A DNA stretch of 64,000 bases from Bailinhaonella thermotolerans (GTDB lineage Bacteria; Actinomycetota; Actinomycetes; Streptosporangiales; Streptosporangiaceae). Made by a program: the position numbers and the translations under genes. The notes below the pieces were generated by a model. That model saw only the letters and a list, made by a program, of their open reading frames with translations. It searched no databases and had not been told where the DNA came from. Where the stretch lies: positions 1 to 64,000 of the forward strand of contig NZ_QZEY01000015.1 of the NCBI RefSeq assembly GCF_003594875.1, in the 5' to 3' direction. Position 1 is the first letter of the stretch, and each line of letters starts with the position of its first letter. Shown here in pieces: positions 10,003-19,054 of the stretch.

Positions 10003-11042
10003 TGTCCGAGCGCGAGACCGCCGACCCAGGCCGCACGGCCGCGCGCCGCGACGCCCCGCGCGCCGGTTCGGGATCCGGTTCGGGATCCGGATCGGGTGCC
10101 GGGCCTGGTTCCGGTTCGCGTTCCGGTCCTCGGCACGGTTCGCGTTCCGGTTCGGGGTCCGGTTCGCGGCGGGGGCCGCGCGGCCTGCCGTACCTGCTCA
10201 TCGGGCCGGCGCTGGTCGTGATGGCGGCGGTGCTGGGGTTCCCGCTGGTCCGGGTCGTGGTGCTGTCGTTCCAGGACTGGGGGCTGGCGCAGATCTTCAC
10301 CGACCGCGCGCCGGAGTTCGCGGCCGGCCGTAACTACCGGCGGATCGTGACGGACCGGGCGTTCTGGAGCGCGCTGCGGCGCACGGTGGTGCTCACGGTG
10401 GCGATGGTCGCGCTGTCCATGGCGGCCGGGGTCTCGATCGCGCTGCTGATGGAGCGCGTGCCCGCGTGGATACGGCGGGCCGTGACGTTCGTGCTGGTGC
10501 TCGCGTGGGCCGTGCCGAGCTTCGTGTCCACGCAGGTGTTCGCGTGGATGACCGACCAGAACGCCGGGGTGCTGAACTCGCTGCTCGGGCTGGGCCGGCA
10601 CAACTGGTACATCGACAGCGCGCAGGGCCTGTCGGTCACGACCGCGATCGTGGTGTGGGGCGCGGTGCCGTTCATCGCGATCACGACGTACGCCGCGCTG
10701 ACCCAGGTCCCCGCCGAGATCGTCGAGGCGGCGCGGGTGGACGGCGCGACCGGGTGGCAGGTGCTGCGCCGCATCACGCTCCCGGTGATCCGGCCGGTCC
10801 TGGTGATCCTCACGGCGCTGTCGGTGATCTGGGACTTCCAGGTGTTCAACCAGATCTGGATCCTGCGCAACGCCGCCCCGGCGCCCGGCTACCAGACCCT
10901 GTCGATCTACTCCTACGTCAAGGCGTACCAGGGGCACGAGTACGGCTACGCGTCCGCCGTCGCCGTGGTCACCGTCCTGCTCCTGCTGGTCGTCATGGTG
11001 TTCTACCTGCGGCGCATTGTCCGGGCGGGGGAGGGCTCGTGA
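10002..11042 (+). CDS. ABC transporter permease (MalF/UgpA-like) with N-terminal Gly-Ser repeat region
   Basis: ATG overlaps the SBP stop (TGATG). Six TM segments, an EAA-like loop, and an N-terminal GSGSGSGSGSGAGPGSGS... stretch encoded by a ggttcgggatcc tandem repeat. Confidence 0.85.
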   Translation: MSERETADPGRTAARRDAPRAGSGSGSGSGSGAGPGSGSRSGPRHGSRSGSGSGSRRGPRGLPYLLIGPALVVMAAVLGFPLVRVVVLSFQDWGLAQIFTDRAPEFAAGRNYRRIVTDRAFWSALRRTVVLTVAMVALSMAAGVSIALLMERVPAWIRRAVTFVLVLAWAVPSFVSTQVFAWMTDQNAGVLNSLLGLGRHNWYIDSAQGLSVTTAIVVWGAVPFIAITTYAALTQVPAEIVEAARVDGATGWQVLRRITLPVIRPVLVILTALSVIWDFQVFNQIWILRNAAPAPGYQTLSIYSYVKAYQGHEYGYASAVAVVTVLLLLVVMVFYLRRIVRAGEGS

Positions 11043-11854
11043 GGCGATGGGTCTTCGGCGCGCTCGGGATCGCGGTCCTCGTGATCTGGGCGTTCCCGGT
11101 GTACTGGATGGCGGTGACGGCGTTCAAGCCGGGGCGGGAGATGTTCGCCGTGCCCCCGCGGCTGCTGCCCGCGAACCCGACCCTGGCCAACTTCGGTCAC
11201 GTCCTGTCCGACGGCGAGTTCTGGCGCAGCGCCCAGAACAGCCTGATCGTCGCCGCCTGCACGGTCCTGGCCGCGATGGCGTTCGCGTTCCTGGCCTCCC
11301 TGGCGCTGGCCCGCTTCGCGTTCCGGGGGCGGCGGGCGCTGCTGGTCGCCCTGATCGTCGTCCAGATGGTTCCGCACGTGGCGCTGGTCATCCCGATCTT
11401 CCTGACCCTCGGGCCGCTGCGGCTGACCGACGCCCTGCCCGGCCTCGTGATCTCCTACCTGGCGTTCGCGCTGCCGTTCGCGATCTGGACCCTGCGCGGC
11501 TTCGTCGCCGGGGTCCCGCGCGACCTGGAGGAGGCCGCGATGGTGGACGGGTGCACCCGCATGGGCGCGTTCCGCCGGGTCGTGCTGCCGCTGATCTTCC
11601 CCGGGCTCGTCGCCACCTCGATCTACACGCTGATCCTGGCCTGGAACGAATACCTCCTGACGTACTTCCTGATCAGCAGCCCCGAGCACTACACGCTGCC
11701 GCTGTGGCTGACCCACTTCATCACCACGGAGGGCACCGAGTACGGCCCGCTCATGGCGGGCGCGACCCTGATCGCCACCCCGGTGGCCGTGTTCTTCGCG
11801 CTCGTGCAGCGCCACCTCGCCCGCGGCCTGACCGCCGGCGCGGTCAAGGGCTGA
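11039..11854 (+). CDS. ABC transporter permease (MalG/UgpE-like)
   Basis: GTG overlaps the previous stop (GTGA). Six TM helices and a conserved EAAxxDG loop (LEEAAMVDGCTRMGAFRRVVLP). Confidence 0.85.
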   Translation: MRRWVFGALGIAVLVIWAFPVYWMAVTAFKPGREMFAVPPRLLPANPTLANFGHVLSDGEFWRSAQNSLIVAACTVLAAMAFAFLASLALARFAFRGRRALLVALIVVQMVPHVALVIPIFLTLGPLRLTDALPGLVISYLAFALPFAIWTLRGFVAGVPRDLEEAAMVDGCTRMGAFRRVVLPLIFPGLVATSIYTLILAWNEYLLTYFLISSPEHYTLPLWLTHFITTEGTEYGPLMAGATLIATPVAVFFALVQRHLARGLTAGAVKG

Positions 11855-11911
11855 GCCGGGGGACGGGCGGCCGGGGCGCGGCCCCCGGAACCTTTCGCGG
11901 CGAGCCCCGGT

Positions 11912-13120
11912 ATGAGGGGCGTGGATCTTGCGGCGAGAGGGGTTCCGATGCGGATGAGGGCGGCGGTCCTGGCGGCGGCGGGCGTGGTCGCCGTGGCGTG
12001 CGGGGCCGGATGCGCGCCGGCGGGCGGGCCGGCGTCCGCACCCGTCTCCGCGGGCACGGCGATCGCGTCCGGTACGGCTCACGCGCCCGGCACGCCCGGG
12101 ACGTCCGCCCCGGCGGGCGCGGGGGCGTCCCCGGCGGCGGACGGGGCGGGGCGGGAGCGGGCGGTGTACGCGATCGACTTCGCGGACGCCCGGCACGGCT
12201 ACGCGCTCCGGTCCTCCTGCACGGGCGGCGAGCGGTACCGGTGCGACACCGACGTGATCGCGACCGAGGACGGGGGACGGACGTGGGCGCGCCGGGCCTC
12301 GCCGGTGGGTGAGGTGCGGGCCCCGGACGGGCTGTCGGCGGGGCTGCACGTGCTGGGGCGGGACCGGGTGGTCGTGGAGGACCGCGGCCGCCGCTGGTTC
12401 AGCGCGGACGGCGCGCGCCGCTGGAAGGACGCCGACCGGCCCGGGGCGCGGCCGGTGGACGCCGTCCCCGGGGGCGGGGTGCTGACGGCGGTGTGCGGGG
12501 ACCAGGGGTGCGGGCGCCCGCTCGTGCTGCTCCCGGAGTCGGGGGCCCGCGCGCCGCTGGCCTCCCTGCCCGCGCTCACCGACTGGCGCGTCTCCCAGGG
12601 CGTGCCGGCGGCGGACGGGACGTGGTGGGCGGCGGGCCGGCGGCCGGGGTCGCGGGAATGGTCGCTGGCCGGGTCACGCGACTCGGGCCGGACCTGGTCG
12701 GTGCGGCCCCTCCCCGGCCTGACCGGCAACGTCTTCGGCGTGTCCGTGTCGGCCGGGCCGTCCGCGACGTACGCCGTGGTGCGCGGCGAGCTGCCGGGGG
12801 AGCAGGTGAAGAACGGGCTCCTGGCGATCTACCGGAGCGCGGACGGCGGGCGGACCTGGGAGCGGACGTGGCGGCACCGGCCCGGGGTCGCGCCGCTCTC
12901 GTCGCTGGGCGCCGGGATCGCCGCCGCGGACGGGCGGCTGATGATCGCGGGGGAGGACCGGCGCGTGCACACCAGCCGGGACGGCGGGCGCTCGTTCACG
13001 GCCTCCGGCCCGGCGGACGTGGCGGGCTGGGTGAGCTGGACCCGGGCGGGTTACCTGAACCAGGACGGCGACCGGCTGCGGCTGTCGGCGGACGGGCTCA
13101 CCTGGCGCGACATCGCCTGA
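11912..13120 (+). CDS. Secreted lipoprotein with BNR/Ycf48-like repeats (SxDGGxTW motifs)
   Basis: Lipobox AVACGAGC and repeated TEDGGRTW, SRDSGRTW, SADGGRTW, SRDGGRSF motifs. Real start may be the internal ATG at 11948. Confidence 0.7.
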   Translation: MRGVDLAARGVPMRMRAAVLAAAGVVAVACGAGCAPAGGPASAPVSAGTAIASGTAHAPGTPGTSAPAGAGASPAADGAGRERAVYAIDFADARHGYALRSSCTGGERYRCDTDVIATEDGGRTWARRASPVGEVRAPDGLSAGLHVLGRDRVVVEDRGRRWFSADGARRWKDADRPGARPVDAVPGGGVLTAVCGDQGCGRPLVLLPESGARAPLASLPALTDWRVSQGVPAADGTWWAAGRRPGSREWSLAGSRDSGRTWSVRPLPGLTGNVFGVSVSAGPSATYAVVRGELPGEQVKNGLLAIYRSADGGRTWERTWRHRPGVAPLSSLGAGIAAADGRLMIAGEDRRVHTSRDGGRSFTASGPADVAGWVSWTRAGYLNQDGDRLRLSADGLTWRDIA

Positions 13121-13145
13121 GACCACCGCGGCGACGGATGCCACG

Positions 13146-13220
13146 GCCGCGCCTGAGGCCATCCCGGGGACGGGCGCCGGGGGCCGCGCCTGAGGCCATC
13201 CCGGGGGCGGGCGCCGGGGC
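13146..13220. repeat. 2 x ~38-bp direct tandem repeat in convergent intergenic region
   Basis: gccgcgcctgaggccatcccggggacgggcgccggggg followed by a near-identical copy. Confidence 0.6.
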
Positions 13221-13241
13221 CGTGGCCCGTCGCGGTATCAG

Positions 13242-14000
13242 TCACTCGTCGCCGGGCGAGCGCTCGACGAGCCGGTAGTGCTGCCGCTTCTTGTGGTCGC
13301 GGACGACCACGCCGAGCCGGGCCAGCTCGTCGCGCAGCTCGGCGATGTCGTGCGCGTCGTCCTTCTCCAGCGCCTTCGCGCGGGCCTTGAGGAGGGCGTC
13401 CGCGCCGGGCGGGAGGCCGGGGACGCCCTCGACCCAGCGGCGGAACTCCTCGCGGTACGGGTCGCCGTCCAGCCAGGTGTAGCCGTGCGCGGTGAGCGTC
13501 TCGTGCACCGGCCCCTCCTTGAGGTCGGAGGTCTCGCGGGCCAGCTCGCCACCGTCCCGGCCCAGCAGCACCAGCGCCTTCCCGTCCCAGAACGCGCCGT
13601 TCACCCGGTCGGCGGGGATGGTGCGGGATTCTCCCTTGCGGGTCAGCGTGATCCCCTCGGGGGAGACCAGCACCTCCAGGCTCTCGTACTTGGCCATGAA
13701 CGCCACGAACAGCCCGCCGGCGGCTCCCAGCGCGAGGGCGCCGAGCGTGGCCTGCGGGTCCGGGATCGAGGCCAGGAACTTGACGATGTCCTCGAACGGC
13801 AGCCACGAGAGCGTCGCCGCCCCCCAGTCCACGATCAGCTTCACGACCCAGAGCGCGGCCGCGCCGATCACCGGGAAGAGCACGAAGTACAGGGCGAACA
13901 GCCACCCCGGCTCCGTGATCCTCGCCTCACGCGCGTTCACGACGACCCCCCGCTGTCCCACGATCACCGAACCCCCGAGACTAACGATCCCGCCGCCCAC
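13242..14000 (-). CDS. Hypothetical membrane protein (2 TM + soluble C-terminal domain)
   Basis: 252-aa ORF with two clear hydrophobic helices (WLFALYFVLFPVIGAAALWVV; LGALALGAAGGLFVAFMA). Codon usage matches neighbours. No recognisable motif. Confidence 0.55.
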   Translation of the reverse strand: MGGGIVSLGGSVIVGQRGVVVNAREARITEPGWLFALYFVLFPVIGAAALWVVKLIVDWGAATLSWLPFEDIVKFLASIPDPQATLGALALGAAGGLFVAFMAKYESLEVLVSPEGITLTRKGESRTIPADRVNGAFWDGKALVLLGRDGGELARETSDLKEGPVHETLTAHGYTWLDGDPYREEFRRWVEGVPGLPPGADALLKARAKALEKDDAHDIAELRDELARLGVVVRDHKKRQHYRLVERSPGDE

Positions 14001-14060
14001 GTGCCAGGCGGCCGAGGAGAGGGTACCGGGGAAGGCCTCGCCGCCGCCCCGGCGGCCGGA

Positions 14061-15575
14061 TCAGACCGGCCCGGCCCAGGGGTTCGGCCGTTCGTCGAGC
14101 CCCCAGTACAGGCTCTTCTGCCGGGTGTAGGCGAGGACGCCCTCCCGGCCCTTCTCCCGCCCGAGGCCGCTCTCCTTCTCGCCGCCGAAGGGCGTGGAGA
14201 CGCTGAACTGCTTGTAGGTGTTGATCCACACTGTCCCCGCCTCGACCCGGCGCGCCAGCCGTACCGCCGCCCGGTAGTCGCGGGTCCAGATCCCGCAGGC
14301 CAGGCCGTAGACGGTGGCGTTGGCGAGGGTCACCAGCTCCTCCTCGCCGGTGTACGGCAGGGCCACGAGCACCGGGCCGAAGATCTCCTCCTGGCACGCG
14401 GCCGAATCGGCGGGCAGGCCGTCGAGGATCGTGGGTGGGTAGAAGTTGCCGGGGCCGGGGAGCGGGGCGCCGCCGCAGCGGACGCGCGCGCCGTCGGCCC
14501 GCGCGCGGTCCACCATCGCCGCCACCCGGTCCCGGTGCTCGGCGGTGACCAGCGGCGCGACCTGGGTGGACGGGTCGTCCCCCGGGCCGACCCGCAGCTT
14601 CTCCGCCCCCGCGACCAGCCGCCCCAGGACCTCGTCGTACATCGCGCTCGGCAGGAGCACCCGGGAGCCCGCGACGCAGCTCTGCCCGGAGGAGGAGAAG
14701 ATCCCGAACAGGATGCCCGCCACCGCCAGGTCCAGGTCGGCGTCCGGCAGCACGATCGTCGGCGACTTCCCGCCCAGCTCCAGGGAGACCGGCATGATCT
14801 TCCGCGCGGCGATCGCCCCGATGGCGCGGCCGGTGGCCGTGCCCCCGGTGAACGACACCTTCCCCACGCCCGGATGCCGCACGATCGCGTCCCCGGTCAC
14901 CGGGCCCGGCCCCGGCAGGACCGACAGCAGCCCCTCGGGCAGCCCCGCCTCGCACACCAGCCGCCCGAGCGCGAGCGCCACCAGCGGCGTCCACTCGGCG
15001 GGCTTGAGCAGGACGGCGTTCCCCGCGGCGAGCGCGGGCGCGATCTTCTGCGCGTCGCTGGCGATCGGCGAGTTCCACGGCGTGATCGCCCCGACCACCC
15101 CGATCGGCTCGTGCGTGCTCATCGTCAGGTACGGCCCGCGCGGCGGCGTCAGCGCGCCCTCCAGCGTCTCCGCCACGCCCGCGAAGTACCGGAACGTCCC
15201 CGCCGCGCTCGCCACCAGCGCCCGCGTCTCGCCGATGGACTTGCCGGTGTCCGCCGTCTGCAGCCGCGCCAGCCCTTCGGCGTCCCGCTCGATCAGGGCC
15301 GCGATCGCCGTGAGCCACCGCGCCCGCTCGTGCGGCAGCGCGTCCCGCGTCAGCCGTACGGCCTCATGGCCCCGGCACACGGCCTCGTCCACGTCCCCGG
15401 CGCCGGTCGCGTGGATCTCCGCGAGCACCCGCCCGTCGGCCGGGTCGCGCGTGACCAGGGGATCCCCGCCTCCGCGCCGCCAGCGCCCGCCGACCAGGAT
15501 CTCGTCGGGAGGCACCGGGCGGACCGGGTCCGCCGGGAAGCCGTCCACCGGTCCCATGCCCACCATCGCGGCCAC
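14061..15575 (-). CDS. NAD(P)+-dependent aldehyde dehydrogenase
   Basis: ALDH-family motifs: catalytic Cys region GQSCVAGSRVL, Glu motif SLELGGKSP, NAD-binding GxxxxG, C-terminal EEIFGPV. Confidence 0.9.
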   Translation of the reverse strand: MAAMVGMGPVDGFPADPVRPVPPDEILVGGRWRRGGGDPLVTRDPADGRVLAEIHATGAGDVDEAVCRGHEAVRLTRDALPHERARWLTAIAALIERDAEGLARLQTADTGKSIGETRALVASAAGTFRYFAGVAETLEGALTPPRGPYLTMSTHEPIGVVGAITPWNSPIASDAQKIAPALAAGNAVLLKPAEWTPLVALALGRLVCEAGLPEGLLSVLPGPGPVTGDAIVRHPGVGKVSFTGGTATGRAIGAIAARKIMPVSLELGGKSPTIVLPDADLDLAVAGILFGIFSSSGQSCVAGSRVLLPSAMYDEVLGRLVAGAEKLRVGPGDDPSTQVAPLVTAEHRDRVAAMVDRARADGARVRCGGAPLPGPGNFYPPTILDGLPADSAACQEEIFGPVLVALPYTGEEELVTLANATVYGLACGIWTRDYRAAVRLARRVEAGTVWINTYKQFSVSTPFGGEKESGLGREKGREGVLAYTRQKSLYWGLDERPNPWAGPV

Positions 15576-15624
15576 CTCCCAGGGAGCGTCCTCTCCGCCA
15601 CGGTAACCCGGCTTCCGCGTGGTT

Positions 15625-16146
15625 CTAGGGGACGGCCCTGGCGGCCTGGTCGAGGGAGCGTTCCAGTTTCGCCAGGAGAGCGGACAGGCGGCGGCGCTCC
15701 GGCTCGGTCAGCCCGGCGAGCATCTCGCGCTCGTTGGCGAAGTGCGCCTCCACCACCTCGTCGACCAGGGCCAGGCCCTCCTTCGTGAGGCGGGCGTGGA
15801 CGACGCGGCGGTCGGCGGGATCGCGTTCGCGGACGACCAGGCCCGCGGCCTCCAGGCGGTCGATGCGGAGGGTGAGGCCGCCCGAGGTGACGAGCGTGAT
15901 CTCGGCGAGCTCCCCGGCCGTCCGGCGGTACGGCGGGCCGCTGCGGCGCAGCGCGGCCAGCACGTCGAACGCCGCCATCGTGATGCCGTAGCGGTCGAAG
16001 ACCTCCGAGATCCGGTCCTGGTAGCGCAGGAAGGAGCGGTGCAGGCGGCCGAAGACCGCGAGGGGGGAGACGTCCACGTCCGGCCGCTCGCGCCGCCACT
16101 GCGCCAGGATCGCCTCGACCGGGTCGGGCCGGTCCGCGCGTGCCAT
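15625..16146 (-). CDS. MarR family transcriptional regulator
   Basis: 173 aa. Winged-HTH core (ELAEITLVTSGGLTLRIDRLEAAGLVVRERDPADRRVVHARLTKEG). Divergent from the catabolic operon and upstream of the ALDH. Confidence 0.85.
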   Translation of the reverse strand: MARADRPDPVEAILAQWRRERPDVDVSPLAVFGRLHRSFLRYQDRISEVFDRYGITMAAFDVLAALRRSGPPYRRTAGELAEITLVTSGGLTLRIDRLEAAGLVVRERDPADRRVVHARLTKEGLALVDEVVEAHFANEREMLAGLTEPERRRLSALLAKLERSLDQAARAVP

Positions 16147-16183
16147 GCCACCCCCTCCGGAAGGGTAGACCGCCGTTCCCGCT

Positions 16184-16197
16184 ATTGCGCGGGCAAT
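16184..16197. promoter_or_regulatory. Candidate MarR operator (ATTGCgcggGCAAT dyad) in the MarR/cupin divergent promoter
   Basis: Inverted repeat ATTGC-N4-GCAAT between divergent starts at 16146 and 16272, next to an AT-rich catataggcatatat -10-like segment. Confidence 0.35.
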
Positions 16198-16271
16198 CCG
16201 CCGGTGTTAGGAACCATATAGGCATATATCTTGCCACTCAACTAAATCCCCCAGGTCACAAGAGGTGGAAC

Positions 16272-16769
16272 GTGGATCTGGAAGCGCTCATCGACTCCTG
16301 CGTCGCGACCCGCGAGAGCCGGTACGAAGACTGGGACACCCTGTCGTTCCAGGCCAAGGCGGGCGGCGACGCGTTCGCGCGGGCGCAGATCCGCTACATC
16401 GGCTCGGGCGCGACCGGCGACCACGAGACGGACCACCGCATCCTGCCGTCCGAGCACTTCACCTTCTCCAACATGCGCCTGCCCAGCGGCGCCGTCGGCC
16501 CCGAGCACACCCACCACGACGCGGAGGAGGTCTTCTTCGTGCTGGAGGGCGAGCTGGAGGTCACCGTGCACGACGTGGAGGACGGCACGAAGACCGCCAG
16601 CCGCGTGCTGGGCTACCGCGACCTGATCCGCGTCCCGGCCGGGGTCCCGCGCAGCCTGCGCAACGTGGGCGAGGGCGACGCCCTCTTCTGCGTCATCATC
16701 GGGGCGCGCAAGCCGCAGCTCCCCACCTACCCGCCCACCTCGCCGATGCACGGCGTCACCAGAGGCTGA
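16272..16769 (+). CDS. Cupin domain protein
   Basis: GTG start after an aagagg RBS. Cupin motifs (GPEHTHHDAEEVFFVLEGELEV...). First gene of the tightly packed plus-strand operon. Confidence 0.75.
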   Translation: MDLEALIDSCVATRESRYEDWDTLSFQAKAGGDAFARAQIRYIGSGATGDHETDHRILPSEHFTFSNMRLPSGAVGPEHTHHDAEEVFFVLEGELEVTVHDVEDGTKTASRVLGYRDLIRVPAGVPRSLRNVGEGDALFCVIIGARKPQLPTYPPTSPMHGVTRG

Positions 16770-16772
16770 CCG

Positions 16773-17762
16773 TTGCCCCGTGAGCTGCGCCTGGTGCGCT
16801 CGACCTGGCTGGCCGAGGACGTCGTCCAGCTCGGCTTCGCCGACCCGGCGGGCGCGGAGCTCCCCGAGTGGGCGCCCGGAGCGCATCTCACCCTGCACCT
16901 GCCGAACGGCATGAGCCGCGACTACTCCTTGTGCGGCGACCCCGCCGACCGCCGCCTCCTGTCGGTGGCCGTCCAGCGCGACCGGGCCTCCCGGGGCGGC
17001 AGCGCGTACGTCCACGACCGCCTCCGCGTCGGCGAGATCATCAAGGTGGACGGCCCCGACAACGACTTCCCGCTCGAACCCGCGGGCGCGTACGTCCTGG
17101 TCGCCGGGGGGATCGGCGTCACCCCGATCAAGGCCATGGCCGAGGAACTGCACCGCCGCGCCGCCCCCTGGCACCTGCTGTACTGCGGCAGGTCCCGCGC
17201 GTCCATGGCGTTCCTCGACGTCCTCGAAGCCTTCGGCCCCGCCCACGTCACGGTCCACGCCGACGACGAGCGCGGCGGGCCCCCGGACATCGCCGCCCTC
17301 CTCCCCGCGCTCGCCCCCGCACCGCCCGCCGCACCGGGCGGGCCGCCGTACGGCGGGGCGGGCGGGGAGCCGCTGGTGTACTGCTGCGGGCCCGAGCCGC
17401 TGATCCAGGCGGTGACGGCGAGCCTGGCGGACGTGTCACGGCTGCGGGTGGAGCGGTTCCGGGCGCCGGAGAGCGCCGGGCCCGCGGCCGGCGGGGAGGC
17501 GTTCGACGTGGTGTGCGCCACCTCGGGGGTGCGGGTGAGCGTGCCGCCGGGGCGGACGATCCTGGAGATCGTGCGGGAGGCCGGGGTGCCGGCGCTGTCG
17601 TCCTGCGAGGAGGGCGTCTGCGGCACCTGCGAGACCCGCGTGATCGAGGGCACGCCCGAGCACCGCGACTTCCTCCTCACCGACGAGGAGCGGGCGGCCG
17701 GCGAGGTCATGATGATCTGCTGCTCCCGCTCCCGCGACCCCGAACTCGTCCTCGACCTGTAG
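16773..17762 (+). CDS. PDR/VanB-type oxygenase reductase (FNR-like FMN/NAD(P)-binding domain + C-terminal plant-type [2Fe-2S] ferredoxin)
   Basis: RDYSL flavin-binding motif, NAD-binding GGIGVTP, C-terminal CEEGVCGTCETRV Fe-S cysteines. Confidence 0.85.
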   Translation: MPRELRLVRSTWLAEDVVQLGFADPAGAELPEWAPGAHLTLHLPNGMSRDYSLCGDPADRRLLSVAVQRDRASRGGSAYVHDRLRVGEIIKVDGPDNDFPLEPAGAYVLVAGGIGVTPIKAMAEELHRRAAPWHLLYCGRSRASMAFLDVLEAFGPAHVTVHADDERGGPPDIAALLPALAPAPPAAPGGPPYGGAGGEPLVYCCGPEPLIQAVTASLADVSRLRVERFRAPESAGPAAGGEAFDVVCATSGVRVSVPPGRTILEIVREAGVPALSSCEEGVCGTCETRVIEGTPEHRDFLLTDEERAAGEVMMICCSRSRDPELVLDL

Positions 17763-17792
17763 AACCCCCGCGCGCACTCCCAGGAGTACCCG

Positions 17793-18014
17793 ATGGAACT
17801 GCGACTCGACCCCGTGCAGTCCCGGTCCCGCCCGCTGACCAGCTACGAGCACGTGCTCGCCGACGAGCTGGAGAACGTGTTCCGGAGCGGGGCGCACGAC
17901 CTGCCCGGCGTGGTCGCCCGCCTCAACGAGACCGGGGTGCGGCCCCCGGACGGCGCCGACTGGACCGAGGCGTCGTTCACCGCCGAGATGGCGCGGCTGG
18001 GAGCCCTCGAATGA
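17793..18014 (+). CDS. Small (73 aa) hypothetical protein translationally coupled to the Rieske oxygenase gene
   Basis: ORF with a ggagtacccg RBS. Its stop overlaps the oxygenase ATG (ATGA). Acidic protein (MELRLDPVQSRSRPLTSYEHVLADELENVF...). Function unknown. Confidence 0.55.
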   Translation: MELRLDPVQSRSRPLTSYEHVLADELENVFRSGAHDLPGVVARLNETGVRPPDGADWTEASFTAEMARLGALE

Positions 18015-19054
18015 GCGCCCCGCGGACCGTCGAGGCCCTGATCGAGCTGGGCCTGCGCAACCGCTGGTACGCCCTGTGCCGATCCGACCGGGTACGGCGG
18101 GGCGAACTCGTGCGGCTGGACCGGGCGGGGGAGGAACTGCTGCTGTGGCGCGACGCCGCGGGCCGGATCCGGGTGCAGGAGGACCGCTGCCCGCACCGGG
18201 GCGCGCGGCTCTCGCGCGGGGTGCACATGGGGGACCGGATCGCCTGCGACTACCACGGGGTCCAGGTGGACGGCGAGGGCGTGGTGGTCTCGGTGCCCGG
18301 CAGCCCCGGATGCCGGCTGGAGGGCAGGCGGGCGCTGCGCACGTTCCCCGCGGCCGAGCACGCCGGGGCGGTGTTCGCCTGGTTCGGCGACCCGGAGGAC
18401 GCCGAGCCCGCCCCGCTGGGGCTGCCCGCGCAGCTCGCCGACGACGCCTGGGCCCACTTCCTGGCGTACGCCGAATGGGCCGCCCCCTGGACGTACTCCC
18501 TGGACAACCTCATGGACCCGATGCACGGCGCGTTCCTGCACCGGCAGACGCACACGATGTTCGCGGGCAAGCGCGAGGCGGTCTTCCAGATCCGCGACAC
18601 CGACACCGGGTTCGTGTTCGAGAAGACCGACCAGCGCGGCGTGAACTTCGACTGGTCGGAGTGGATCGACACGGGCGCGCAGTGGGTGCGCCTGGAGATC
18701 CCGTACCCGCCCACGGCCGGGCCGGGCGGCCCCTTCACGATCATCGGCACGGCCACGCCCATCGACGCGGACCGGCACGCGGCGTTCTTCTGGCGCTGCC
18801 GGAAGGTGAGCGGGTGGGAGCGCGACACCTGGCGGTTCCTCTACAAGGCGCGGCTGGAGGAGCGCCACTGGGCGGTGCTGGAGCAGGACCGGGCGATGCT
18901 GGAGGCCATGCCGCGGGACGCCTGGGACCGGGAGAACCTCTACCAGCACGACCTGGCGGTGGTACGGCTCCGCCGCATGATCCGCAACGAGGCGGGACGG
19001 CAGCTCGCGGCCAGGGCGGAGCGCGCCCGGCCGCTGCGGGAGGTGAGGGCGTGA
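18011..19054 (+). CDS. Rieske [2Fe-2S] non-heme-iron oxygenase alpha subunit (VanA/phthalate-dioxygenase-like, no beta subunit)
   Basis: Rieske motif CPHRGARLSRG...CDYHG. Mononuclear Fe ligands in DNLMDPMHGAFLH. Only the last third of track ORF 16868..19054 is in the correct frame and context. Confidence 0.88.
   Translation: MSAPRTVEALIELGLRNRWYALCRSDRVRRGELVRLDRAGEELLLWRDAAGRIRVQEDRCPHRGARLSRGVHMGDRIACDYHGVQVDGEGVVVSVPGSPGCRLEGRRALRTFPAAEHAGAVFAWFGDPEDAEPAPLGLPAQLADDAWAHFLAYAEWAAPWTYSLDNLMDPMHGAFLHRQTHTMFAGKREAVFQIRDTDTGFVFEKTDQRGVNFDWSEWIDTGAQWVRLEIPYPPTAGPGGPFTIIGTATPIDADRHAAFFWRCRKVSGWERDTWRFLYKARLEERHWAVLEQDRAMLEAMPRDAWDRENLYQHDLAVVRLRRMIRNEAGRQLAARAERARPLREVRA

Noticed and set aside
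8862-11042. 726-aa ORF
   Set aside because: This is a composite in which only 10002..11042 (permease) is genuine. The upstream part is the SBP gene read out of frame.
16868-19054. 728-aa ORF
   Set aside because: Only the last 347 codons (18011..19054, Rieske oxygenase) are real. The upstream portion overlaps the reductase gene out of frame.
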